Assembly (NCBI RefSeq): GCF_000143415.4
Contig: NW_003314330.1
Location: forward strand, 248,001-312,000
Length of the DNA stretch: 64,000 bases
Direction: 5' to 3'
Source: Selaginella moellendorffii
Taxonomy: Eukaryota > Plantae > Lycopodiophyta
Shown here: positions 51,526 to 64,000 of the stretch, one piece after another
Layout: each line of letters starts with the position of its first letter
Numbering within the stretch: the first letter of the stretch is position 1
Notes under the pieces: generated by a model
The model's input: the letters and a program-made list of their open reading frames with translations, nothing else
Database searches by the model: none
Told to the model about the DNA's origin: nothing
Program-made: the position numbers and the translations under genes

Positions 51526-54500
51526 TCATAGTCGCAAGCTGCTTATCAAACCTTGCATTTGATTCAGCTGCTTCTTGAGCGATGCGACGCTGTTTAGAGT
51601 ACTCGACGAGGGATCCATGCCATCCTCAGCTGCCGTGGTCCTGACGTCCATCTCAATTCTCCTGCAAAGATTCTGGGACTTGCACACCAAATCTTCGAGC
51701 TGGTCGGCCAGGACAGTGGTGTTGATATTCTCTTCTCGAGTTTCTTCTCGAGGTCTGAGAGAGCTGTAGGGAGTGGAAGAGTTGCAACTGACGCTGCTTA
51801 TGCTGCTGGCTCGCCGTGATCTTTCAGGACTCATGTATTTCAGCTTGTCGAGACTTCCACTTCCTGTTTCTCCAGAAGAATAATAAGACGATGGTCATTT
51901 TCGGGAAGAAAAAGCTCTTGCTCACCTAGGCTACTTAGTTGGACGATGGCGGCTTGGCCGAGAGATCCCTGTAGCTGCAAAAGTCTCAGCAATCCCACCG
52001 TGATTCTACTCGCTGCTTCGGCCTCGGCTTTAGCAATTTCTACGAGAAACTCGAGCTCGTCTTTCGTTGCGTCCATTTCTATCTGCAAGAGAGAAGAGAG
52101 AGATAAAGTTGACGTTCGATCTATATGGTTTTCTTACCGGTTCTCTCACGGCTGCTCGGACACTGTCAACTATCCACTCGCCGATTCCAATCTCAGCGTC
52201 TCCATCGCCACCCTCTCTCGCTACCAAGCGGACTTCCAAAGCAAGCCCATCGTTACCACTTCTCCGACTTATATCCACTGAAGATAATCCGCCATTGTCC
52301 AGCGGCTGGAAACTAACAGCCCTTCTTGGCTTTAACGCTTGAAGCCCCTCGAGCATTACCTGGGAGACCAAACCAGCAAGAAAACCTCGTCGAGTCAGGA
52401 AACGCATTTATTTGTCTAACGAATTCTTACGAGCAAGATCTTCGTACCGTTATTCTTTGTGGCGGTCGCTCCTCGGTGCTAGTGCTGTGATCGCCCTTAG
52501 CGCGCAAACACTTAAACGTAGAATGCCAACATGCGTCTTCGTCCGCTATATTTTCCACGCCTTGCAAAGCGAATAGCCAGTCTATAAGCTGAATATCAAT
52601 CTCTACGTTGTCTGGTCGTTTAAGCTCCCATGAATGGTCATCGTTCGAGCTAGCAGAGATTTTTCCTGTCATAAAAAAAAGGGCACAGCCGCTATGAACA
52701 AAGAAAACGTATGAAAGCTTATAACTTTACCTGTATGAGAGCCTTGAAAGAGATGAGCCAAAGGACCGCCGGAGACTCTTTTCAACACCTCCTTGAGATC
52801 CTCTCCTGGTCCTCCATCAGGTCCAAAAACACCAAATCTGTGTAGCAGTGACTCCGTGTAAATCATCCCACCTCCCAGTCTCACTCCGGATATCTTTGCA
52901 ATGGCTTTCAAGCTATGGCAGTCAGCGTCCTCGGCCCTGTAAGGCATCATATGGACCACGTTGACGTCAAGAAACGGCCTGTTCTCCTGTGAAGCTTTCT
53001 CTGCAGAAGGAAAGTTTTCGTTCACCCACAAGATCGCTCTCATGTTCTTCTGCTCCAGTAGCTTTGTGGAGAGCGACTCTCCACACTGCTCGGATTCCGT
53101 GTCGACGCACTCCACGCGAACACTCTGCCAGCACAAAGTTGAAGAAACTGCGATGGCTCCGCCGAGAGTTCTGTGTGTGACCTTGAAACGTATCCCACTT
53201 CCGATAAACTTGACGAGTGGAAAGCCTTCTACGGACTGCTCGGAAGAACCCGACTCCAGAAACTTAATCTCCAAATAATCGAGGCCGAGAGTAACCGCAC
53301 TGTCGGATGGAGCCGCTTCAATGAGTCCCCCAAACGATTTGGACTTGCTAAGATCCTGGACTCCTCCATCGGTTTTCATGAGTGCCTGGCCAACCTTTCC
53401 CAAGTAAGAATACATCTCTAGCACGAACAGCAGCTGCTCCACAGAACTGTTGGAGATGAAGTGATTCCATGAGATTCCCAGTCTCACGATGCCCCCTGGG
53501 GGTGGAACCTTGAGCAGCGGCAGGCCGTCGGGTGTAACCATTGCAACTTCCAAGCAAGGCTCCTTCAACTCTATGCACTGCCAAAGCCGAAAGTCCCCAC
53601 TTCTACCGGTTTCAAGAGCCACGCTCACGTGATTTGCTCGTATGGCCCATCTTTTCTGGCTTGAATCTGGAAGTTGGCCTTTCCAAAAAGAAAAACACGC
53701 TGGATCTTCGTCGAGCTTCAGCAAGCCGTAGGATAATGTTGGACTCTCCACGAACAGCAACCCCTCTACATGCAATCTAGCCCCAGTAAATCCCTCGTGT
53801 CGTCGCTGGTCGTCGTTTTTTTCAGGATCCATCGGAACGCTCAGGTCAAACTCCCTGAGAGAAAAGTGCATACTGTTCAGCGACGTGTTTGGACGCACCA
53901 CCCCAGGCTCTACCAAAATACCGTCCGCCAGAAAGGAAGAAATCTGTAAACAAGACTTTTCTTGAAGAAATATCTGCAGCAAGCACGTAGTGTAAGTTTT
54001 GAGAAAACAAAAACGTTTGGCAAAATCACCTTCAGAGGTTGACACTGAATTACGGTTTGTGAGGCCATTGCTGGTGGTAAAGGAGACGGCGCTAGCTGAG
54101 AAGAATACAGGCTTGCAACAGATGTACTGCTGTTCTTCGAAACGTGAAAGTCGAGAGGATAAATCTTTGGCCACAAGTTTTCGCTGGCTGCAAAACCAGA
54201 ATGTCATTATCACAGACGACCCGAAAGAGTAACCAAATACCAAATGTCGGTACTTCAAATGGAGCTTGCGGACTCATGCTAGGCTGAACCAGAATGCAGG
54301 GAGGTTGTAAAAACATATCCCTGTAAATTTATGGGTCGGAAACGTCTGCGTTTGCAATGCGTGAAGCATACCTTAAGAACAAACCTCCCAAGGAGACATT
54401 TCCAAGAGTTTTTACTGAACCATTCTCAGGGATACTTGCCTGCATTATCAGCACCATAACGTGTTAAAAGTCTAGAATTATGAAAATTTACTTACCCGTT

Positions 54501-56178
54501 TGTAGCGAAGCGATTGGGCTAATAACTCCAGCCTGAAGTCTACACAAAGATTAGCTCAAAGGATACAGAAAATACAAGAAAAGCAAACTACCTGCGTCTT
54601 TGATCCCAAGAAAAATATGTTCGACACTTACTCCAACGAGAGTACAAGAAGGTGACTCGTCCACCTGTAAGAAATGGTCTTTTATTCTAGTCAGGTATCT
54701 CTTTAGAAATAGAATCCCCCTAGCTCACCATAGCATTTGTCGGATGTACGTCTCCACGATTCAAGCAGACATAAAACCCGGTCATAAACCTTAGCAGCGC
54801 TCTCAATCCTAAAGCCCAGATTTACAGCAAAAAGGATTAGGAAACTATTGAAACAATTACCTGGTTCACTTAACGCTGGACAGACAGCTTCCGGTATTAA
54901 GAGTTGAACCTCCAGTCCCAGAGGATTGTTTTGCTCTGTCCGGTGCATTGTGATCTTTCATAAGAAGAAAACGTTGGTAAATATCTAGCAGCATCAAAGA
55001 TTAGAAACTTACATACGCCGTGCCAGAAATATTGTCAAGGAAACGCTCTCCCCCGAAAAACAATCTTTTAGCTCCATCGGCATCTTTACTTCCGCTGGAA
55101 AGCCGCTCATCAGAAAACATGTCAGGATGGGGAAGAAGGTCCACGGAGAAGGATTGCCATTCTAGCTTCTGCAAAATACAACACAGCAAAATAAGTCTAT
55201 TCATCATCGGTAAAGCTTGTAGCATAAAAACCTTGAAAACGAAGATACTTTTCTTGTCAGAGGAGAAGTTCCTAGCCTCTCTGAGATTAACAACCTTCGG
55301 CAGTGACAAACAAAACAGAATAAAATGTAAATGAGCATTCATTGAAACACAAATCTTACCTCCCAATGCTCATTGGTCGTGTATAAACTAAGACCTCTCA
55401 TTGTAATAGCTGCTAGCGGTGGTGTCCTTCACAGCAAACAAAAATAATAAGCTGGAAGAGATAGCAAAAACCATACCATGCAGCTCCTCCACGAGAACCA
55501 CCTCGTGTTTCTATCATAAGGTTCACTGTGCCAACTTGGATCGTCATTCCATCGGCAATCTGCGACCAAGGTGAAAAAGAAGTAAAAAATAAACATAAAC
55601 GGTGAAGATTTTCGCGTCTACCTGATCAGCGAATCCATAACTGGTACTCTTTGCAGAACTGTTAGTTTGGATTCTACGCAAAACCAAAAACGAGTAAGTT
55701 AGCAGTAAAAAGAAGAAAAAGAGAGAGTAGCGCACCCGGCAACAGGATCACAAGCCTCGGCATCCGACTTTTCAGCAAGAACTAGATCCAGTTTGTCAAT
55801 GTCCACAACAATCGGTTCGATCTTGACGTTAGAGATGTAAGGGATCTGGAGCAAGAACAGGAAAAAATCCCTTCCATTATCTAATGCAGGAAGGAAATGC
55901 TGGCTTACAGTGAGCTCCAATTTGCCGACTCTCGCTTGAGCGACAAAGAGCGACGGCGGCAATCCCAGAGTGGAATGTAGAACGGCGCCATCGACATCTG
56001 CGTGATCTCTAGGTTGATTGATTCTTGATTGACAATCGAAGAGAAAGCGATATAGCAATTGCATACCCAGATTGTGGAGCTGGACGGATCGGCCCTGGAG
56101 CTTGAATTGATCCCGGGTGAAGGAGCGCAGCCAGTACTTGAGCTTGGACTCGAGCGCCCTTGCGAGAAGGGACTCCAT
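51526..56178 (-). CDS. Chorein-N / VPS13-superfamily bridge-like lipid transfer protein (BLTP3/UHRF1BP1-like)
   Basis: MESLLARALESKLKYWLRSFTRDQFKLQGRSVQLHNL N-terminus, GLPPSLFVAQARVGKLEL, FFGGERFL, PPPGGIVR; multi-exon. Confidence 0.8.
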
Positions 56179-56297
56179 TTAGCGAGCCAAGCCCTAATCA
56201 CCATTGTGAAGGAATGCACTATTTGAAATAGAGAATGATATGTTTTAAAGATTAGAGATTATTTTCTTTCTATAACTTAGGTGGAGTATTATGAGAT

Positions 56298-56660
56298 CTA
56301 CAAGAGCATTGGAGCCTTCCCGTGATCCAGCTCCTTGATTGCATCCGCATAGATTGTCATGCGAACAATCGCATAGGTCTCCTTGTTGAAGTTGCGATCG
56401 GCCAGCTCCCCGGCCAGATCCATGGCCGCCTAGCGAGCATCTTGCGTGGTGTGAAAGTACTTGTCGATGATCCCGGCCTCGAATGCCTGACGAGCAGTGA
56501 GCTTGGGACTGAGAAGAAAGGCATCGCGATAAGCTCTGCAACTCCATGAGCATGGTTCCAGGCTACGTTTCGCCGCCGGGATCTTTCACTCTGGCCAGGC
56601 TCAAGCTCACCCCGTCCTCAGCGGCGTCATGATCCAGAAGCCGCGATCGTTTCTCATGTA
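56298..56660 (-). pseudogene. Enoyl-CoA delta-isomerase (crotonase family) fragment
   Basis: YMRNDRGF, then RDAFLLSPKLTARQAFEAGIID...*AAMDLAGELA...YAIVRMTIY, with in-frame stop and frameshift. Confidence 0.6.
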
Positions 56661-56944
56661 TTGCGATTCAACCAGTGCTCGCCATCGCCAACTAGCCTGA
56701 GAATTGCAACTTGTCCTTGTGTCTCCAAGCTACACATTTCACAAAACCCAGTGGGTTTTTTCTGACAATATGTAGAAGTTTTAGATCTTACAAATATAAA
56801 ACATATGTCAGGCTTGATGTCAAGTTGAAATTAGAGACATAGAGGAGAAAGAAATTGTTGTAGAACTTCTTATGACTGAGAAGTGAGCCAACCTTTGAAG
56901 TGTGCTATGATTGAAGAGTAGCATCCTTTGTCTCCCAGAAGATA

Positions 56945-57653
56945 NNNNNNNNNNNNNNNNNNNNNNNNNNNNNNNNNNNNNNNNNNNNNNNNNNNNNNNN
57001 NNNNNNNNNNNNNNNNNNNNNNNNNNNNNNNNNNNNNNNNNNNNNNNNNNNNNNNNNNNNNNNNNNNNNNNNNNNNNNNNNNNNNNNNNNNNNNNNNNNN
57101 NNNNNNNNNNNNNNNNNNNNNNNNNNNNNNNNNNNNNNNNNNNNNNNNNNNNNNNNNNNNNNNNNNNNNNNNNNNNNNNNNNNNNNNNNNNNNNNNNNNN
57201 NNNNNNNNNNNNNNNNNNNNNNNNNNNNNNNNNNNNNNNNNNNNNNNNNNNNNNNNNNNNNNNNNNNNNNNNNNNNNNNNNNNNNNNNNNNNNNNNNNNN
57301 NNNNNNNNNNNNNNNNNNNNNNNNNNNNNNNNNNNNNNNNNNNNNNNNNNNNNNNNNNNNNNNNNNNNNNNNNNNNNNNNNNNNNNNNNNNNNNNNNNNN
57401 NNNNNNNNNNNNNNNNNNNNNNNNNNNNNNNNNNNNNNNNNNNNNNNNNNNNNNNNNNNNNNNNNNNNNNNNNNNNNNNNNNNNNNNNNNNNNNNNNNNN
57501 NNNNNNNNNNNNNNNNNNNNNNNNNNNNNNNNNNNNNNNNNNNNNNNNNNNNNNNNNNNNNNNNNNNNNNNNNNNNNNNNNNNNNNNNNNNNNNNNNNNN
57601 NNNNNNNNNNNNNNNNNNNNNNNNNNNNNNNNNNNNNNNNNNNNNNNNNNNNN
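56945..57653. other. Assembly gap (run of N)
   Basis: Continuous N bases. Confidence 1.
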
Positions 57654-60600
57654 ACTTAGGACACCATGTGGTAGTGAGCGTTATATCTACTTCACTCATC
57701 CAAAGATCTCCTCCAGTACTCATCATCAAAGTACTAGAACCAAGTTGTTAGACCTGACCACCATCCCAGCATTAAACTAGAAATTGTTAATTACACCATT
57801 GAGAGAGCACTACGTTCAGATGCATGGTAGTTTCATGCCAGCCAAGCACAATTACCAATTGTGCAAATTAGCAAGTTGAACTACTATTGTGACATAACTC
57901 TGTTTATATAAGACTGTCCCTTAGCTTGGTTGTAATCCTCTTCATTCTCTAAACTATCTAATGTTAACCTCCTCTTCCTTGACAGTAGTTAATGCTTGAA
58001 CTCTTGGCTTTTTTTTACATTGCTTTATAAACAGCAAGAGAAAAAGAACTTAGAGTGAGTCCATCCACACCTCCTTGTATTTCCTTTTATTTCACAACTT
58101 AACACAATGCTAAAAGCAACATCTTAAAACAGGTTATGCTACAAATCACTATCATAGTGCTACTAGAGTTGCTAAACTTGATATCAATCCCATATTAGCC
58201 ATTTTCATCAAATTCCAACTCAATTTCCATGATTTTAGCATATCGATTCACCCTGTTCTCTTCCTCTTGCATGCACATCTTTAAGTACATCACATTCCTT
58301 TATTGTATATAGTTTATAAGAACTTCACTCTACTTAGATTTCTTCTTGGCTTGACTTGTAAAACTTGGGACTCTTCTAGTGATATCTTCCCACAAAGAAG
58401 ACTACATCCATCATCTACTTCTTCATTGTCAAACAGTGGATCATTATTTGTTATACTTAAGAGACCACTTGTTCTCAACAACTTTTATTAGTTACATATT
58501 TAGCTTTGAAGAGGGGACCTTTTTAATCTCCTTGAACACACCTTTCTTGATGATGCCAAATTTCACTCATGCCATTCCTTTTGCAACAAGCTATAGTAGT
58601 TAGTGCATCTAGAGTGGAGTTATATTTCTTAATGGCTTTGTAGATCAATAAAAACAGTTTCAATTGACTCCCTTAGGCTGGGATGAGTTTGATGAGCTAC
58701 TTCATGAGAAATTGTTAAACTCCTTTTAATTTGATTTTACATGCTTTTAGTTAGCTATAAACTATATATCTACTACTTACCTTAACAATGCATCTCTCTT
58801 GTGTTGGTCACTCACTTGATATTATCTTTTAATGCTAAAAAAATGATAACATTAAATTATATAAAGCACATTAATCTAATTTAATGCTTGAATTATTGGG
58901 TGAAAAAATTCATATTAAATTTGAATATTATATTAGTTGATAAAAATGTAATATAATATCAATATAGTATAAAAATAAAAACATTAAATTAGATGTATTA
59001 GCCTAATTCAATATCTAGTGAAGAGAAAATAAAGCAAATAAATTGGTCTTATCCTCCCATTCTCTTGCTAATGCATGTTTGATGATGTTCTTGCTATGAT
59101 TTGTATCAATGAACGTGTCTTCATTTTATGGTTTAAAAAAAAAAGTATCTATCAATCACAAGATCAGCTAGATTCAACCAAACTAGCATCATTCCAAGCC
59201 AACCGAGAACTTAGCCAGAGCTAAAAATTAAATTAATATCTATTAAAATTAATTTAATACATAGAGATTTAAATTCTGGGTGTATGAAATAATGCAACCA
59301 AGTTTATCAGTCTAACAAGAAAATTACTATTTAACCCTTGAAATTCTGAAAAATTACAAAAAATACCTCTTGAAGTTTCATAAAGTTTAATGAAGTTTTG
59401 ATATAAAACATAAATAACACACTCAAATTTGTTGTATACAAGTAAAAATTATGAAATAGATTTTGAAGAGAAATTAGCAATTAGTGCTACAATATCAAAT
59501 AAAAGAAAAATATAAAAAGCTTTTTTAAACTCATTTAAAAACCTCATTAAACTAGTAACAATATACCTAAATTAAAATTATGTAAATCTTATTTTTAAAC
59601 ATTTATAATTGTGTTCTTAGGCTTATGAGAAAGCTCTTTACTTTTATATAATCCTATATAATAAACTATCTATTTATGCTACTTAAATAATGACTTTAAA
59701 ATGTAAGCAATTAAAGGGAATAATTTGAATAACAGAGAAAAGGATCATGATGGGCATTTTTCCATCCCATTAGTAAAACAAATTTAGCCTTGAGATATCT
59801 AAAGATTTTCCCAATGAGAAGAAGAAATTTTCTTATTCTAATGTATTGTTAAAGATTCATTTCATTAGGACTGTTTGGTGTGGCCAATTTGGCTTGCCAC
59901 ATCATGCTATGTAATCAAAACAAATTCATCAGGAAGAATCTATTGGGATCTCCTATTAGGAAGTCTTAACAAAAATATAAAGTGAAATGGTTATTGAAGT
60001 ATTGCAAACTTGAATCTGAATGTAATCTAGTGTGGTAGTCCAACTATTCTATAATGAATATTCTAGTCAAGAACTCCCCCAACAGAATGTGCTAGAATAT
60101 ACGTTTTCAATTGGAAATTTATGTATACTGAGCATATGCCATTCACATGTGTGTGATGGCTATGCCATGGGTACTCTATCTTGGCAAGGGGTAAAAGAAA
60201 TAGGAGATTCTACCAAATATTTTCCATTCTATATTCATTTTTAGCATTACAATGATTTAAGTTTCCTTTACAGGTTGAGTATGTAACTAACTACATTACA
60301 TGAATTTCAAATATAATCAAACTCCAGAATCTTAAAATGCTAGAACTTAACAATCAACTCAAATGCAACTCATGGTTGAAACTCAACACTTCATCTTAAA
60401 TGCAAACTCATACTTAACATTAACACACTCGAACGCCAATGCAAACCCAAACAACTCAAACTCTAGATTTTAGAATATTCTATATGCTATTGACATGTTT
60501 GTGCATGTGTGTGCCATTTGGCAGGTGATTAATATTCAGAGAAACCAGAGCAGATTTATCTACATGCAAAGACTACATTGAAATGTGTGAATCCTTTGTA

Positions 60601-60779
60601 ACACCAGCCTTCCTCGGTCCATATGCCCACAATCCTGTGCAGCACACAAAACGAGTTAGAGGAGAGGAGGGAAGAGAAAACTCACTGCTGTGCTACATAC
60701 TCCCACCACACGGGGAGTTACTGCTATACCTTAGATTAGCAGGCAAGGTATAAGATCTCAGCAAAAGATCAAAGGGCGC

Positions 60780-61830
60780 AGATGAAGGATTTTGACTCAA
60801 TGGTTATGGAACACCTCGGATGAATGGAGCATATTGGGGATTGCTGTGATGGGATATAGATAAGACGTCGATGATGCCAAAGTTATAAGATGGCTCTTGC
60901 AATGCAGTTCCTGAAGAGCAAAAATACTTTCCATTTAGTCATTTTCACTGCCCGAATTGTCTTCCAGCTCTTGAGCGCCTCGCGGAGCCGACTCCAGCGA
61001 CGACGACGATCGCAGCAGCAGCGCAATCGATTTCTTTGTCCGCTCGGCTCCTTCCGGCAAGCGCGCAAATATTGCAGGCGATCCGGGCGATGGCGGCGAC
61101 GGCATCGACACGAGGTTGCTGCTAGCGCGGTCCGAGACGACGATCGCGCACAATATTTTGTGGTGAGAAATCCTTGGATTGCTCTTGCTTTTCTCTGGAG
61201 CTAAGCTGGATTTTTAGTGGAAACGCCTCACATTCTTCTCGCTCCTTTTTTCCAGAACTTGCTTCAACGTCCAAGGAAAGATATCGGGAGAGGTTGATTG
61301 GTGAGCTTTTGGTTTTCTGTGTTTTATTTTTCCTGCTTGTCGTTTGCGTTTCTCTTCTCAAGCGCTTGGACGTGATCAACGTCGAGAAAGCTGCCGACTA
61401 CGTAAGAACTTCGACGGTCGTTTTGGAAGCATTCCCGGAGGAGCTGGACAGAGCTATGAAAACTTTTAGACACATTGAGCGCTCTTTCTTGACTAATGTT
61501 TTCCGCGACCACGCAGTCTTTTGCTGCGCTGGGGCTATTGCTATCGCCGGTGCGCATCATCACATTGACAAGGGCTGGTGGCTTTGCGAGCGCCATTAAG
61601 TTAAGTCCGGTCATGAGTTTGCATCTTCCTGGTCCTTTCTAAAATGCGAATTCTTAAGGTCTGCTACTCGCGGTGGGTGCTTTCGAGTCTAGTGATGCTT
61701 CGACCGTGTGGACTGGATCGATAAACAGAAGCTCAAAACTTTCATTCTCGAGTGCCAATACACTTTCACTGTAGACGCATTTAAATTTCACCTCTTAAAA
61801 ACATGTGGATTTGAGCCAGGACACTGAAGA
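60780..61830 (+). pseudogene. RGTB: Rab geranylgeranyltransferase beta subunit pseudogene
   Basis: DFDSMVMEHL/RMNGAYWGL, INVEKAADYV, FCCAGAIAIAG, GWWLCER, VCYSRWVLSSL, WIDKQKLKTFILECQ, with frameshifts and deletions. Confidence 0.8.
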
Positions 61831-61991
61831 CGGTGGCCACTGACTGTGTCCCGTTTTGATTCAACCGCTTGTGAAAAGCCCCGTCCTTTCCGATCTTATC
61901 CGGACGCCACACCTCGTTCATATTTGGTAAATGATAAAGTCTTCGCACTTTGTATCGATTGCAACGTGAACTTCATGGTAACCTTTGTGAT

Positions 61992-62906
61992 CTAGTAGAC
62001 CTCCACATGCCACTGTCGGTTTTTCTTCAGTTTCGCAAGTTTGCCACGCCAATCTTCTCCCATCCGCCTTGCAACCTCTTCGAACACCGCTTCCACTCCC
62101 ACCAGCATGTCTTTGCGGCCGCAAAAGTAGATATGGCTGCCTCCATCCAGAAGCTTGAAGATCTCTTCTCCATGCTCCTCCATTCTGTCTTGCACGTAAA
62201 ATCTCCCACCCCTCTTGTTGCAGCTTTCCCTGCTCAAAGCAGTGTCATATCTAAAGCTCCAAGGGAGATCTCTCGCATATCTCTCAAACTCTTCATTATA
62301 TAGCAGTCTACCAGCTGTTGGAGCTCCCATGAAAAGCCAGGCCGATCCCTCAAACTTGCGAGGACGCATCTTGTCCTCGAGCAATCTCTGCAAGAATCCC
62401 CGGAATGGAGCCACTCCCGTCCCAGTGGCAACCATGATATGAGAATCACTCGGGTTACTCTCATTCAATAGCATCAATTTCCCAAACGGACCAACGAGAT
62501 CGACCTTGTCACCGGGCTTGCAATCGCACAAGAAGTTACTGCAAACGCCCTTCTTGCTCGGATCTTCCTCCCCGGTTTGAGGATCAACATAGATCGCTCT
62601 CTTCACGCACAAGCTCGCGCTCCTCCCGCTGAGATCGTCGCCATACCTAGAAGAAGCAATGGAGTACAAATGGTATGGATGGCGTGTTCCTGGCCTCTTT
62701 GAATTCTCGCCAGGGGGAAGAATTCCATAGCTCTGGCCTTCCCAGAATGGAACATTACCGCCGTGGTCAATGACGATGTGGGACACTTGACCGTCTCTAG
62801 TCAGTCGCTGAATAGAGCTGACCGTGGCAGTGTATGGCAATTGCGATGTGTAGAGATGGAATGGTGGTTTGTTACCACGCTCCAGTAACTTTAGTAGCCG
62901 AGACAT
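61992..62906 (-). CDS. FNR: Ferredoxin-NADP+ reductase, root-type-like, intronless and divergent
   Basis: HIVIDHGGNVPFWEGQSYG, LYSIASSRYGD, GVCSNFLCD, ATGTGVAPFRG, ALSRE, YVQD, WHVEVY C-terminus. Confidence 0.88.
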   Translation of the reverse strand: MSRLLKLLERGNKPPFHLYTSQLPYTATVSSIQRLTRDGQVSHIVIDHGGNVPFWEGQSYGILPPGENSKRPGTRHPYHLYSIASSRYGDDLSGRSASLCVKRAIYVDPQTGEEDPSKKGVCSNFLCDCKPGDKVDLVGPFGKLMLLNESNPSDSHIMVATGTGVAPFRGFLQRLLEDKMRPRKFEGSAWLFMGAPTAGRLLYNEEFERYARDLPWSFRYDTALSRESCNKRGGRFYVQDRMEEHGEEIFKLLDGGSHIYFCGRKDMLVGVEAVFEEVARRMGEDWRGKLAKLKKNRQWHVEVY

Positions 62907-64000
62907 TGACCTAGAGTTTTAGACCTAGCTCTTATATTTTAAATCGTCCCGCTCAAAAGATAGGGTTTATCAAAAAGGGAAGGGAGAAAGGGGACGGGCG
63001 CTTCATTCTGCTAGGTCGAGTATCGATTCCTGTAGATCTTCTCTGCTGCAGATCTTCTCTTTGCGATACTTCTCATCTCTGTGCTATATTTTGCTTTCTC
63101 GCAGCTGTGAGCAAGAGATTTCCTGTCAACGAGGTAGATTTCTTGATATCTCGACAGATCGCGAGCTTCTCTACAGATATTTCGGAGAGTTTTCATTCGT
63201 TTCTTGCAGATTTCCCCATCGCCGGTCGATCGCTCGCCATGTTTTCTCTCCATCGATACAGGTAATAAGCACAAGCTCTCCGAAATTTCTACACGTCCTA
63301 TGGCAGGAATCTCCTCAACAAGGTCAAGGTCCAGCGTCACAATGCGGGTATAGTAGATCCGAGTAACAATATTAAGCAGGAGATCTCATCTTGGAAGTGA
63401 TCGTCTCGTTTTAGCACTGGATCGCCAGAAGATCGAAGTGGCAACGACGATCGATGCTCAGCCACTCCAGAGGGCCGACGCTGAAACTGGTAAGTCGTGA
63501 GAATCCAACGCATGGTAATGCCGTCTAACTTGAAAAGTTTCTGTGACCAGATGCCGCCACCACTTACATGAAGTTCAAGAAGGACGTGATGGAAAATCTC
63601 GAGCTGCCGGACCTGGACAGCTATGGAGTGGACTTCGTGGAGCGTGTGTACAGTGAGTTCCTCCTGCGCGACAACGATCTCAACGAGCAGCAAAGGAAGC
63701 GCCTCTACGACGTTTGCTCTGCGTATCTGGGGAATGACAATTCATCGCCTTGGAGCGAGTAAACCAAGGTAAGTTTCTTTGATGAATATGCTCAAGAGTG
63801 ATTCACGCCAATGTTCTTTTAGTGGCAACACGGCATTTTTGTTCGACTAAGTCTTTCGGTTCAATTCGAAGTTCTCGTACTGACAGGTATTCATGCGTGT
63901 GTAGCACTGACTTTTTTTGGCGTGCTTTCACAGCGAAGACAAAGTTCTCAAGCTACCGTGAAAGGTAAATCCTCGGATTATCAAACAACTGACTAGCCAA

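Noticed and set aside
56905-57780. Long ORFs made of X residues
   Set aside because: Artefacts of the N gap.
57654-60600. Possible retroelement remnant in AT-rich DNA
   Set aside because: No motif I could assign with confidence; left unannotated.
63568-63762. 64-aa ORF with coding-like composition near the window end
   Set aside because: Possibly an exon of a gene extending beyond the window, but no recognisable family or reliable boundaries.

Overview
Eukaryotic plant DNA with very short (about 45-70 bp) GT-AG introns, dense genes and a microbial-type terpene synthase. This fits a lycophyte such as Selaginella (inference, not verified). Bases 1-19.9 kb are transposon-derived. A decayed Mutator-like (WRKY/GCM-type Zn finger, DDE, SWIM) transposase gene faces away from a decayed multi-exon gene containing a ParB/Sulfiredoxin-type IIDGNHR motif. 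The first intron of that ParB-like gene holds a 96-bp tandem array of 28-bp palindromes, into which a full-length chromoviral Ty3/gypsy element inserted (360-bp LTRs, AGGTT target-site duplication, apparent self-priming PBS, -1 frameshift signal). A heavily eroded retroelement relic follows. Bases 20-56 kb are gene-dense: two AT-rich bulb-lectin-domain genes, ABCI17/STAR1-like ATPase, Cu/Zn SOD, DEG2-like protease, TauE/SafE transporter, intronless CCT3, MTPSL plus a scrambled MTPSL relic, FKBP20-1, SMC5, an LRR protein, a HIPP, RMC1/MIC1 with a CX9C uORF, a PMT methyltransferase and a chorein-N (BLTP3-like) gene. After an assembly gap come AT-rich DNA, a RabGGTase-beta pseudogene and an intronless, motif-divergent FNR. 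Multi-exon gene boundaries were read by eye and are approximate.
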